From Thermoplasmatota archaeon (lineage in GTDB: Archaea; Thermoplasmatota; E2; DHVEG-1; B18-G2), in assembly GCA_029259115.1 (NCBI GenBank), contig JAPDJO010000005.1:1-46297 (forward strand): 46,297 nt of DNA, given 5' to 3'. Shown here one piece after another: positions 20,429 through 30,000 of this stretch. Position 1 is the first letter of the stretch; each line of letters begins with the position of its first letter. Under the pieces are notes generated by a model that was given only the letters and a program-made list of their open reading frames with translations, was not told where the DNA came from and searched no databases. The translations under genes and the position numbers were made by a program.

Positions 20429-21717
20429 ATGCTTCTGATGATGAAAGGAAGATAGGAATAGATGTCTTTTATACGGATGTAGAGGGTATAGGAGGGAAGC
20501 TTAGATCGAAACCAGAGGATTTTAGAGTTGTAGAGATACCTAAGGACATATCTGCAGATGAGGAAGGGGATTATATCATACTGAAAGTGACATCAAAAAA
20601 CTGGGAGACAAACCATCTCATTAGGGAGTTGGCAAGGAGATTGGGAATATCTAGGAAAAGAATAAGCTTTGCAGGAACTAAAGATAGAAGAGCTGTAACC
20701 ACCCAGCTCCTTTCCATATACTATCCAGACAAAGAGTTGCCAGAGATTAAGATTAAAGATATTGAGATAGAGTTTGTATGTAGATCAAATAGAAGGATAG
20801 AGATAGGAGACCTTATTGGAAATGAATTCCAGATAGTTATAAGAGATGTAGAAGTTGGTAAAGAAGAGGCGAAAAAAAGGATAGATGAAATTAACAAGGA
20901 ACTGAAAGAGATAGGAGGATTTCCAAACTTTTATGGCTTTCAAAGGTTTGGGAGCCTTAGACCTGTAACTCATATTGTTGGAAAGGAAATTGTGAAAGGA
21001 GATTTTGATAGGGCTGTAGATCTTTATCTGACATACACGACAGATAAAGAAGATGAGACATACAGACTAGCTAGAGAGAGATTTTCCAAGGAGAGAGACA
21101 TATCAAAAGCTCTATCATATTTTCCTAAACATCTCAACTTTGAGTTAACTCTTCTAAATGAACTCAAGAAAGGAAAAAATGCGATAGAGGCTTTACAATC
21201 CTTACCAAAAAACCTTCTCATGATGTTTCTCTATGCGTATCAATCATACATATTCAATAGGATACTAAGCGAGAGAATCAAAAGAAAACTACCTCTAGGT
21301 GAGGCTATAGAGGGGGACCTTATAGTTCCTGTCAGTAAATACGGGGAAGAGGAAGATATCATACCCGTTAATAACAGAAACATAGAAAAAGTGAATCGCA
21401 TGATAAGACTTGGAAAGGCTGCTGTTACTGGTGCAATCGTTGGTTATGATACTAGATTTGCAGAGGGAGAGATGGGAGAGATAGAGAAAAGGATAGTTGA
21501 GGAAGAATCTATAGATGTGAGAGATTTTATAGTCCCAGAGATACCTTTTCTTTCATCCAAAGGAGGAAGAAGAGCCTTAGTTTCTCCCTATAAAGATTTC
21601 AGCTACAGATTCCTAGATAATTCATCTGTAGAGATGAAATTCTTCTTGAGAAAAGGATCTTACGCGACATCTCTCCTTAGAGAGTTTATGAAATCAAGAG
21701 ATATAAGAAATTACTGA
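20425..21717 (+). CDS. truD: tRNA pseudouridine(13) synthase
   Basis: PEDFRVVE, FAGTKDRRAVT, FPNFYGFQRFG, GSYATSLLRE. Confidence 0.96.
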   Translation: MNASDDERKIGIDVFYTDVEGIGGKLRSKPEDFRVVEIPKDISADEEGDYIILKVTSKNWETNHLIRELARRLGISRKRISFAGTKDRRAVTTQLLSIYYPDKELPEIKIKDIEIEFVCRSNRRIEIGDLIGNEFQIVIRDVEVGKEEAKKRIDEINKELKEIGGFPNFYGFQRFGSLRPVTHIVGKEIVKGDFDRAVDLYLTYTTDKEDETYRLARERFSKERDISKALSYFPKHLNFELTLLNELKKGKNAIEALQSLPKNLLMMFLYAYQSYIFNRILSERIKRKLPLGEAIEGDLIVPVSKYGEEEDIIPVNNRNIEKVNRMIRLGKAAVTGAIVGYDTRFAEGEMGEIEKRIVEEESIDVRDFIVPEIPFLSSKGGRRALVSPYKDFSYRFLDNSSVEMKFFLRKGSYATSLLREFMKSRDIRNY

Positions 21718-22106
21718 GATTCTGTTAGAATTATCTCTCTCTTTCTCTTCTTGAAAGTGATTTCAAAGTCCTCAAAAAGCGGATCTCTTCCTAAAAGAAC
21801 AGGAATATCACTGCTATCTGTAACAAAAACATCAACATCATTGTACTCTATCTTCTCGCTATCTTTTCCTATAATCATCTTCAATTTAGTCCTTCTTATA
21901 CTGGTAAATCCGCCTGCCGTCTTTGCTATCTCGGCTTCCTCTACGTTCACCCCCAAAAACTCCGCTATAGCTCTTGGAATAACTATGCTGTCTCCGCCCG
22001 AATCTATTAAGGCAGCGATTACTGGCGTTTTCCTATCTTTATGTACAAATTGGACTGGTAGAAGAGGATAGTGTATGTATGGAAACGTGTAACTCTTTCC
22101 CATCAT
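21711..22106 (-). CDS. Retropepsin-like (clan AA) aspartic protease
   Basis: ALIDSGGDSIVIP, flap TAGG, PVLLGRD; single ~130-aa domain. Confidence 0.85.
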   Translation of the reverse strand: MMGKSYTFPYIHYPLLPVQFVHKDRKTPVIAALIDSGGDSIVIPRAIAEFLGVNVEEAEIAKTAGGFTSIRRTKLKMIIGKDSEKIEYNDVDVFVTDSSDIPVLLGRDPLFEDFEITFKKRKREIILTESQ

Positions 22107-22143
22107 TGGGGTAAAATAAAAAGGACGTTAAATACGTTATTGA

Positions 22144-22332
22144 TTAATCTTCCACCAGTCTTAGATCGTATGGCAGCGGAGGAACCTTTGCAATTGTTAT
22201 CTCATCTACAGGAAATTCCTCTGCACTTTTCAGTATCTCTTCAAGATCTGGACTGTGATTCACTACCTTATCTCCAAAAAGTAAAACCCATTCTCCCGAG
22301 AACTTTTCTATATCCTCTTTATCAAGCATCAT
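22144..22332 (-). CDS. DUF5678-like small protein
   Basis: KFSGEWVLLFGDKVVNHSPDLEEIL...IAKVP pattern; upstream of the retropepsin gene. Confidence 0.7.
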   Translation of the reverse strand: MMLDKEDIEKFSGEWVLLFGDKVVNHSPDLEEILKSAEEFPVDEITIAKVPPLPYDLRLVED

Positions 22333-22395
22333 AAGCTACAAGATGTTCTTACCTTAAAAATTTTTCTAGATAAGATATGCAATTTTTTTGGAATT

Positions 22396-22581
22396 TCAGT
22401 CAGATATAGCTAGTAATATGCCAAGTGCGCCGAGTAAAATGAAAGGTACAGCAACAGAGTAACTCGATATGTCAGTCCAAGAGTTGTAGATTGAGGACCA
22501 CAGTATATAGAATACTAGACCAAAGAGTAGAGAAAGTACAGACAAGATCCCTTTCCAATTCATCAATTTTGAGATTTCCAT
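22396..22581 (-). CDS. Small two-helix membrane protein
   Basis: Two hydrophobic stretches around YNSWTDISSYS; AGGTGA SD before ATG 22581. Confidence 0.7.
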   Translation of the reverse strand: MEISKLMNWKGILSVLSLLFGLVFYILWSSIYNSWTDISSYSVAVPFILLGALGILLAISD

Positions 22582-22613
22582 TTTGCATCACCTTCGATAT
22601 TGGGAGAGGAAGA

Positions 22614-22754
22614 TGGGAGCACTGGGATTCGAACCCAGGTCCGCGGGTCACCTCTAGGGTCATCGCTCCAGTTAATCATCATGGGGTCAGATGACCCTCT
22701 TCTAATCATCCCCTAACTGGAGCCCGCGATGATGCCTGGCTACACCATGCTCCC
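22614..22754 (-). tRNA. tRNA-Trp(CCA) with 68-nt intron at 37/38 (22649-22716)
   Basis: Exon 1 22754-22717 GGGAGCA...GCGGGCTCCAG; exon 2 22648-22614 ACCCGC...GGTTCGAATCCCAGTGCTCCCA; 73 nt after splicing. Confidence 0.95.
22649..22716 (-). ncRNA. Intron-encoded box C/D guide RNA, predicted to direct Cm34 and Cm39 of tRNA-Trp
   Basis: C AUGAUUA, D' CUGA, C' AUGAUGA, D AUGA. Guide UAACUGGAGC pairs with GCUCCAGUUA (+5 rule gives C34); guide GGGUCAU pairs with GUGACCC (+5 rule gives C39). Confidence 0.9.
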
Positions 22755-22767
22755 ATCTTATATACTA

Positions 22768-22872
22768 TTATCTCCTCTGCCTACGGGCTCTCATCTCCCT
22801 TCTCATTCTCTTCTTTCTCCACTTCCAGCGCATCTTGCCTCTCTTTTTCCATGCCCTTGAGCTTCTCTTCAT
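22768..22872 (-). CDS. rpl41e: Ribosomal protein L41e (eL41/eS32)
   Basis: MKRSSRAWKKRGKMRWKWRKKRMRR; GAGGT SD upstream of ATG 22872. Confidence 0.88.
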   Translation of the reverse strand: MKRSSRAWKKRGKMRWKWRKKRMRREMRARRQRR

Positions 22873-22998
22873 CTTGATACCTCTTCTAAGCGCCCTAAAT
22901 ACCTTATTATATATATAACCATTTACCATCCTAGAGAGCGAAACCAACAGAGCGCGGTTTTTTGGCTTGTTGACCAATTTTTCTCCTTATAGATTAAA

Positions 22999-23073
22999 CG
23001 GACGCGGCGGGATTCGAACCCGCGACCACTGGCTTAGAAGGCCAGCGCCCTATCCTGGCTAGGCCACGCGCCC
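22999..23073 (-). tRNA. tRNA-Arg(UCU)
   Basis: Acceptor GGGCGCG/CGCGTCC, anticodon arm CTGGC-CT-TCT-AA-GCCAG, GGTTCGAATCC. Confidence 0.97.
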
Positions 23074-23104
23074 TGAATATAAAATAGAGAAATGAATATT
23101 TTAG

Positions 23105-23329
23105 TTATTCGTAAGGTGCAGCTTCCTGAATGAGATCCACATGACTGAGTAACATTCTTCTACAGCAGTACCTTGTTATTCCAAGATCATCCAGTATCTC
23201 CTTTGGAGTCTCTTTCGGTTTCTCTCCTTTTTCTATCGCTTTCTTGTACTCCTCGTATCTTCTCTCGAACTCCTCATAGGCTGAGCCTATTACCTTACCG
23301 CAGGTGAAACATCTTACCGGAATTATCAT
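23105..23329 (-). CDS. rpoN: DNA-directed RNA polymerase subunit N (Rpo10)
   Basis: [12 protein letters not shown]...[13 protein letters not shown]; start at 23329. Confidence 0.96.
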   Translation of the reverse strand: MIIPVRCFTCGKVIGSAYEEFERRYEEYKKAIEKGEKPKETPKEILDDLGITRYCCRRMLLSHVDLIQEAAPYE

Positions 23330-23333
23330 CAAA

Positions 23334-23735
23334 TCACCTGTAGGATTTCTGTCTCTTCTTTCTCGCTCCTCTTCCAAGAGGTTTCTTTGGTTCCTTCCTT
23401 CTCGGATCACTTACAAGCAAACTTCTATCGTACTGGATATACATCTCTTTCAACTTTTCGTCTTTTGTAAACTCAACCAAGCCCTTTGCTATCGCTGTTC
23501 TCACTGCATATGCTTGTCCCATTACGCCGCCGCCCTCAACATTCACTTCTATATCCACAGATTTCCAGTATTTGTTTGCCATAACTAAAGGCTCCATGAT
23601 CTTCCATCTCGCTACCTCTGGCTGGTATATCTCTAGAGGTATGTTGTTTATCCTAACTCTACCTTTTCCTTTCTTAATATATGCCCTAGCTATTGCGGTC
23701 TTCCTCTTTCCAGATGCTACTATCGTTTTTTTCAT
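23334..23735 (-). CDS. rps9: 30S ribosomal protein S9
   Basis: [29 protein letters not shown]. Confidence 0.97.
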   Translation of the reverse strand: MKKTIVASGKRKTAIARAYIKKGKGRVRINNIPLEIYQPEVARWKIMEPLVMANKYWKSVDIEVNVEGGGVMGQAYAVRTAIAKGLVEFTKDEKLKEMYIQYDRSLLVSDPRRKEPKKPLGRGARKKRQKSYR

Positions 23736-24145
23736 ATCTTAGCACCCAAATATCTTGATAGTTCTTCTATTGTCATATACTTGTAGGGTTTCTTTTCAGG
23801 CAATCCAATTCTTTCCTTTTCAACATCTTTATACTCTTCAGGTACTCCAATATAACATTTCAACCTCTTTAAGGCTTGTCTTCCTTTTGGTTGTTGATAA
23901 GGAAGCATGCCTCTTACCGTTCTTTTCACTATGAGATGAGGCATTCTTGGGAAGAATGGCCCCTTCCTCTGCGTACCAATCTCTCTCTTATTCTTATATT
24001 CCTCTTTTATACTCTGTTCATCTCCAGTTATTATAGCTTTTTCAGAGTTGACTATAGCTATCTCCTCTCCATTCAGTAATCTCTTTGCAACTATGCTCGC
24101 CATCCTTCCTAGTACAGCTCCAGATGCGTCTATTACTGTTACCAT
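23732..24145 (-). CDS. rpl13: 50S ribosomal protein L13
   Basis: [21 protein letters not shown]. Confidence 0.97.
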   Translation of the reverse strand: MVTVIDASGAVLGRMASIVAKRLLNGEEIAIVNSEKAIITGDEQSIKEEYKNKREIGTQRKGPFFPRMPHLIVKRTVRGMLPYQQPKGRQALKRLKCYIGVPEEYKDVEKERIGLPEKKPYKYMTIEELSRYLGAKI

Positions 24146-24150
24146 GATCC

Positions 24151-24516
24151 CTACCCTATTATTCTAACATTCTTTCCTTTTGGATTCTCTTCAACCAGCT
24201 CAGATATGGATATGCATCTTCCGCCAGCCCTCTCTATCTTTTCCCTAGCCTTCTGTGAGAATGACCATGCTGCTACAGTTATCTTTTTTGTTAGTTCCCC
24301 AGATGATAATACTTTCCCTGGGACAAGGGCTATCTCATTCTCGTTTACATACTTTTCTATCTTGCCCAAATTTACCTCAGCCCAGTTTCTCAAAGGTCTC
24401 TCCAATCTTTCAGCAATATCTTTCCATATAGGAGCATCATTCTCGTACGATTTTTTCTTTAGTTCATTAATTAAGTTGATGAGCACAGGATTTGTTTTCC
24501 TGATCTTTTTTGCCAT
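24151..24516 (-). CDS. rpl18e: 50S ribosomal protein L18e
   Basis: KTNPVL, EVNLGKI, VPGKVLSSG, NPKG. Confidence 0.96.
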   Translation of the reverse strand: MAKKIRKTNPVLINLINELKKKSYENDAPIWKDIAERLERPLRNWAEVNLGKIEKYVNENEIALVPGKVLSSGELTKKITVAAWSFSQKAREKIERAGGRCISISELVEENPKGKNVRIIG

Positions 24517-24606
24517 CTGATCACCAAAGAGTGGGGTAGTGAAATAGAGAGTGATTTATAAGATTTATGGGGAAATGATTAATAACCTCTTTTAAATGGC
24601 TTACCC

Positions 24607-25110
24607 ATGAAACCCTTAATAGCTGTGTGTGGTAGCGATGAGGATGATGAGAATCTCGGTGATAAAGCACTCAAAATCGCCGAGGAGATAGGCAAAGAAA
24701 TAGCAAAAAGAGGAGCTATACTGATATGTGGAGGCAGAGGAGGAATAATGCAATCAGCATGCAAAGGAGCCAAGGAAGGTGGAGGTATTACTATAGGGAT
24801 ATTACCTTTCTCCAAAGGAGAGGCAAATCCTTATGTTGATGTAGCTATAGAAAGCGGGTTAGGTCATTTTAGAAACTATATAATCATAAGTAGTGCAGAT
24901 GCTGTAATTGCTATATGTGGAAGATGGGGGACATTGAACGAGATATCAACATCTATAATTCTAGGAAAACCCACAATTCTTGTTAAAGGAACTGGGGGAG
25001 TTGTTGACGAGATAATAGAAAATAAAATTCTGGAGAACATAGAGGGAAGGTATCTCATTGCAAGGGATGCAAAAGAAGCTTTGGATTTAGCTTTCAGATT
25101 TATTAGATGA
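24607..25110 (+). CDS. LOG/SLOG-family protein (TIGR00725-like)
   Basis: CGGRGGIMQSACKGA, GITIGILP, RNYIII, GRWGTLNEI. Confidence 0.9.
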   Translation: MKPLIAVCGSDEDDENLGDKALKIAEEIGKEIAKRGAILICGGRGGIMQSACKGAKEGGGITIGILPFSKGEANPYVDVAIESGLGHFRNYIIISSADAVIAICGRWGTLNEISTSIILGKPTILVKGTGGVVDEIIENKILENIEGRYLIARDAKEALDLAFRFIR

Positions 25111-25348
25111 TATCCAATAATCTAAGAGTTTGAACTCCTTTTGGAGTTATCCTTATAGCTTTCCAGTTTTCATCTGGTGCTATTTCAACCATTTCTTTTT
25201 CTTTCAAATCGAGAACCTCTCTGTCTATATCTCCTCTTCCAAGTCTTGATATCAGCTCCTCTTTGGTCATAAATTTATCAAAATGTTCAAGCCCCCAGGC
25301 GTAGAGTATTCTCAATATCTTTCTCTGTATATCGCTAGCTTCCTCCAC
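25103..25348 (-). CDS. Small winged-helix-like hypothetical protein
   Basis: QRKILRILY...LKEKEMVE...IRITPKG resembles a wHTH wing; GTG start. Confidence 0.6.
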   Translation of the reverse strand: MEEASDIQRKILRILYAWGLEHFDKFMTKEELISRLGRGDIDREVLDLKEKEMVEIAPDENWKAIRITPKGVQTLRLLDII

Positions 25349-25387
25349 ACTTATTAATCTATAAGTTTTTCTATATAAAGTTTCTCA

Positions 25388-26626
25388 CTAGTATATGGAT
25401 ACAAGATAGTCAAAATTCTTTTCAAACACACTAGCTTGTTCCTGTATCGCCATTTCAGCCTCGTTCACATCCATATCTTTTACCTCTATCGCATAACTTG
25501 CAAATCTCCCAAGCCAGAGGGGTTTTAGAGCTTCTAGGAGAAGAAACTTATCTGTATCTCTGTTTAGAAGCTTATATGAGGCTGCAAAATTGTAAACAAT
25601 TTTAGACCAGAGGTCCGCATCTAATAGTTTTATGTCCTTTTGGGTTTTTTCCAATTTCTTCTCGAGATCTTCAGGGAGATACATATGTACAATTTTTTTC
25701 ATCTCGTTATATCCTTCTTTGAATATCTTTATGAGATTATCAAGATCAATCTTTACAGGTATTGGCTTTTGGGTGAGCCCAGCTCTGTAGGCTCTCTGAT
25801 GGTAGAATCTTTTTCTATTTTTCCACACATTCTCGTAGTACTTTGCAAGGTCAAACATTTTACCTGTTACCTGTCTGAACATCGGTATCAAAAGTTTCTC
25901 AGGCTCTAGGTATCTGGTTGTGGACTCATGAATCTTCTGAGTAAACAAACTTTCCTTGACCATCATACCTTCGGCTGCTGCTACAGTTACAATGAATATG
26001 TCTATACCAAAATCAAATGGGAAAAGAGGATGATCCAAAAGCTTTTCATATAGATCTTTGGATAGTCCAAACTCACCCGCGATGGGTTGTCTGATATCAA
26101 CCCCATAGACAGCCCTTGTAAATGGATAGGCTAGAACATTCGTTATAACTCCGTCGTATTTATGTCTGATATAGAACGGAACGGTAAGATCAGCTCTACC
26201 ATATATGATCGGACCCGCTATCGATTCAATCCATTTCGGTCTTATACTTAATAGATCTCCATCAACAAGTACCAAAACCTCAGCTTCTAAGTATCTCGCT
26301 ATTTCCATTATCGTTCTAATCCCTGCGCCTTTCCCTTTTCCCCCTATATCCTGCGTTATTATCTTGCCTATGCTGTTATATGTCTGAAAGAGTTCCGCCA
26401 TCTCCATTGTTCTATCATCTGAAGGACCAATACTCACAGCTATACATTTTCTATAATCTGGGAAATAAGAATATAGTCCTTCATTTACGACATTCAGAAC
26501 ATGAAGAACGGTTGTCTCCACGTTTTTACAAAGAACTCCAACAACGATATCTGTTGGTTTAAATTTATCACATTTTTTAATTAAATCCTTTGGCAGTTCT
26601 AGTTCTCCCATCCTCTCCTCATCCAT
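25388..26626 (-). CDS. GT-A glycosyltransferase, glucosylglycerate/mannosylglycerate synthase-like
   Basis: GKGAG, VDGDL (DxD), YIRHKYDGVITN, IRQPIAGEFG, FGIDIF, helical C-terminus with LWLGR. Confidence 0.8.
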   Translation of the reverse strand: MDEERMGELELPKDLIKKCDKFKPTDIVVGVLCKNVETTVLHVLNVVNEGLYSYFPDYRKCIAVSIGPSDDRTMEMAELFQTYNSIGKIITQDIGGKGKGAGIRTIMEIARYLEAEVLVLVDGDLLSIRPKWIESIAGPIIYGRADLTVPFYIRHKYDGVITNVLAYPFTRAVYGVDIRQPIAGEFGLSKDLYEKLLDHPLFPFDFGIDIFIVTVAAAEGMMVKESLFTQKIHESTTRYLEPEKLLIPMFRQVTGKMFDLAKYYENVWKNRKRFYHQRAYRAGLTQKPIPVKIDLDNLIKIFKEGYNEMKKIVHMYLPEDLEKKLEKTQKDIKLLDADLWSKIVYNFAASYKLLNRDTDKFLLLEALKPLWLGRFASYAIEVKDMDVNEAEMAIQEQASVFEKNFDYLVSIY

Positions 26627-26667
26627 GTTATGATTGGAGAGAATAAAAATATATCGATGATTTAAGT

Positions 26668-26913
26668 CTATTTCTCGTCCAGTATCTCCTTTATACTCTT
26701 CTCAAATTTCTCCAAGAGTTTGCTTAGAACCTCAGCCTTAACTAACATAATTCCCCAGAATTCGAGGTCCCCTCTTCCCAATATTAGTAGCTTGTCTCCA
26801 GGACCTATACCATACTTTCTTCTAACCTCTGCGGGTAAGGAGATCTGTCCCCTCTCTCCAACGGTTGCGCTCCCATAAAACTCGAATCCTTTTAAATCTC
26901 TTTTACTCATCAC
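26668..26913 (-). CDS. AbrB/MazE/SpoVT-family DNA-binding protein
   Basis: FYGSATVGERGQISLPAEVRRKYGIGPGDKL. Confidence 0.9.
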   Translation of the reverse strand: MMSKRDLKGFEFYGSATVGERGQISLPAEVRRKYGIGPGDKLLILGRGDLEFWGIMLVKAEVLSKLLEKFEKSIKEILDEK

Positions 26914-26919
26914 TATTCG

Positions 26920-26962
26920 TATGAGATTTCATATATTTATGTTTTTTCATGAAAATCATAAA
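26920..26962. promoter_or_regulatory. Palindromic operator array in the divergent AbrB/MMPL promoter
   Basis: TATGA-GATT-TCATA at 26920-26933; perfect TTTTCATGAAAA at 26944-26955 flanked by TTTATG/CATAAA. Confidence 0.55.
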
Positions 26963-27024
26963 AATTTAATATTCGAAACCAAATATAGTTATATAACAAT
27001 ATTTATACAATAGGATAGATAAAA

Positions 27025-30000
27025 ATGTTGCCACAACTTGCCAAAATAGTCGAAAAGAAACCTTATGCCGTCATATTAGCTGCTACTCTAATAACTATAA
27101 TCTTCTCCCTTTTCATACCCATCATGGAAAGTGGCACAAATATGGAAGATTTCCTTCCGGATGATGAGGTAGTGAGAGCAAATCAGAAAGTGCTTGAGTA
27201 TTTTGGGGAAAGCTATGAGGTTTTGATGGTATATGTTAAAGACAAAAACGTAACTCAACCTCAGGCCATAAAGGAGCAGAAACTTATAGCTGAAAAACTT
27301 TCAAAGAAAAGATTTGTAGAGGGAGTAATCTCTTTGCCTTTCTTCTTAGAGCACGTATGCTATATGGAGTATGGAAAAGATATAGACAATTGCAGTTATC
27401 AGGAGATATCAGATGCATTTAAAGATGTAATGAGTGAGAAAAAGAGTATAATTTTATTAGCTGAACCAGATCCAAGAGAATCAAATATACCCGCATTTGC
27501 GGATATAAAAAATGCATACTTGAGAGAAGACAATAGCAGATTAATCTTTACAATAGAAGTTCAAGATTTGTCGAATTTGGACATAAAAGAGTTACCAGGT
27601 CTAAGCAATTCGATAGAATGGAGCATATCCTTTGAGAACCGCTTTATTCCAGATAAGATGAAGATATCTTATAGAGTATCTGCGAGATTAGAACCCAAAT
27701 CTGTATGGGTATTTGGAGAGAGATATCTACAAAATCTTAGACATATTGTCACCAATCTTGACCTAAAGAGAAATCTTGATCATTACGAAAGAAACGTTTA
27801 TCTTTGGATAAAACCACCAAGAAAGGGCCTTTATATTCCTATAAAGCTGAAGAATTCAACCTTTGATATTGATCTGGAAAGAAACAGGATAATCATAAAT
27901 GTAAGCAGAGACGATCTCAGATCCTTCGGAATAGCACCCAAGTTTGGAAACATGGAATTGCCAGCAAAACTGGAAAAGATGCGGATAGAAACTAGATTTT
28001 ATGGTCTATCGAGATTTAATCTTCCATGGTTTAGACTTTCTGTAGATTCATCTCTTCTATCAAAAATGGAGAAATGGTTTGAGAGTAGGAAATTACTAAA
28101 AGCTCTATATGAGAAGGTATTGGAGAGATTTAACATAAGCATAGAAGATGCTAGCAAATTCACACAATATACAGACAAAAACCATACCCTATCTCTTTTG
28201 GATGTAGATAAAAACTGGAAAACCTTAGATACTGCACCAAATAGAGGTTACTCGAAGGAAACATTTCTTCTAAAGCCTGAATTCATGAAAGACTTGAAAG
28301 AATCTATACTCAGCTTCTTACCGAAAAATGGTTACGATTCAACCCTAATGATTGTTCAGATAAACGGAACTATAAGCAGAGAAACTTTGAAAGAACTGAG
28401 CAAAGAGATAGGCGATCTTCTAGGAGAGGAAAGCAAGAATAAGAGTATCAGCTTTGAAGTCACAGGTTCTGGTATCATCTCTTACCAAATAGATAAATTG
28501 ACGAGTAAGTCCAACTCTATAATAGCGCCAGGCATATTCATAGCAATAATGCTGATCCTGCTTCTAAACTTCAAAAGACCATCCTATGTGTTTCTTCCAT
28601 TGTTGGGCTTGGGCATATCCATTATATGGTTATTTGGGACAATGTCCATCCTTCACATAAAATTCAATACGATAGCGGTAGCCTTGGTTCCATTAATAAT
28701 GGGTCTCGGTGTGGACTATTCCGTTCACATGTTTCACAACTATAGGGCTGAGATATCAAAGGGATCCACACCTGCAAAGGCAATAGCATCTTCAATAAGA
28801 GATGTCGGTACAGCTATGTTTTTAGCTACGATAACCACGTGCATAAGCTTCCTTTCCTTCCTAACATCTTCAGTTCCTCCAGTGAGAGATTTTGGTATCC
28901 TCTGTGCTATAGGAATAATATATACGTTTATCGTGACAATATCCCTTCAAGCATCACTGAGATACATCCTTGATAGAAGAAAACCAAAGAGTAAACTCAA
29001 GGTCGAGAACCATTCTCTAAAAATCACCATGGAGGGCATAGCAAGGCGCATTTGCAAGTACGGAAAAGGAATTCTTTTAGCGGCACTTTTTGTCACAATC
29101 GTCATGGCCTACTTTGCAAGCAATGTAGATACAGGTTTCAGTATGGAAGAATTCCTTCCTGAGGATGCTCCTGCCATAAAAACCATGGAGAAGATATCAG
29201 AAAAATTCCCTTCGGCAAGTCAAGATCAAGAATACATGCTTATAGAGGGAGATATAGCCAATGTAAATGTTCTAAGAGATATTCGCGACACGCTACTAAA
29301 CATACAAGACGATACTTCCGTTGCCAGAAATCCGGATGGTTCTCCAAGGGTAGAAAGCATAATTTCTATTATAGATGAAGCTGTGAGATACAATAAAAGT
29401 ATAGCAGAAAAATTCAATCTTAATGCAAATAACATTCCAAGAAGCAACTCGGAAGTAAAAGCTCTACTAGATTATCTCTATAACAGTCCAGATTATAGTA
29501 GAGAAACTAGGAGTGTACTGTACAAGGAAGGCAACAAATTTAAGGCTACGTTGATAAGAGTATACGTTTCATCTGAGATCTCAAGCAGAGGAGGAGATGT
29601 TGTTTACAGAGAGTTAAGTGAGGATATAGAAAATTTTGGGAATGCAAAGGCTACAGTTACGGGGATGCACTCCCTCATCTATACTATAACTAAATCTCTT
29701 ACAGAGAGTCAAGCCAGTTCAACGGTTGTTTGCCTGATACTGGCTGGGATAGTCTTGATTCTAGCATATAGAAATGTAATTCTTGGGCTCATATCCATGA
29801 TTCCCGTCACTCTTTCCTCCATATGGATACTGGGAACAATGTATCTTGCTGGATACACTTTGAATGTGATGACCGTGATGGTCACATCTCTGACTATCGG
29901 TCTTGGAGTGACCTATGCCATACATGCGGTGGAGAGATACAGATTAGTGATGAGAAGAACTGGAGATGTAGAAAAGGCAGTTTTTGAGACAATCAGCCAC

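Noticed and set aside
22472-22694. ORFs 22472-22663 (-) and 22491-22694 (+)
   Set aside because: They overlap tRNA-Trp and its intron, which explain the sequence.
26668-26913. AbrB-type gene as the antitoxin of a TA pair
   Set aside because: No PIN/MazF-like toxin gene is adjacent; the next gene is a glycosyltransferase.
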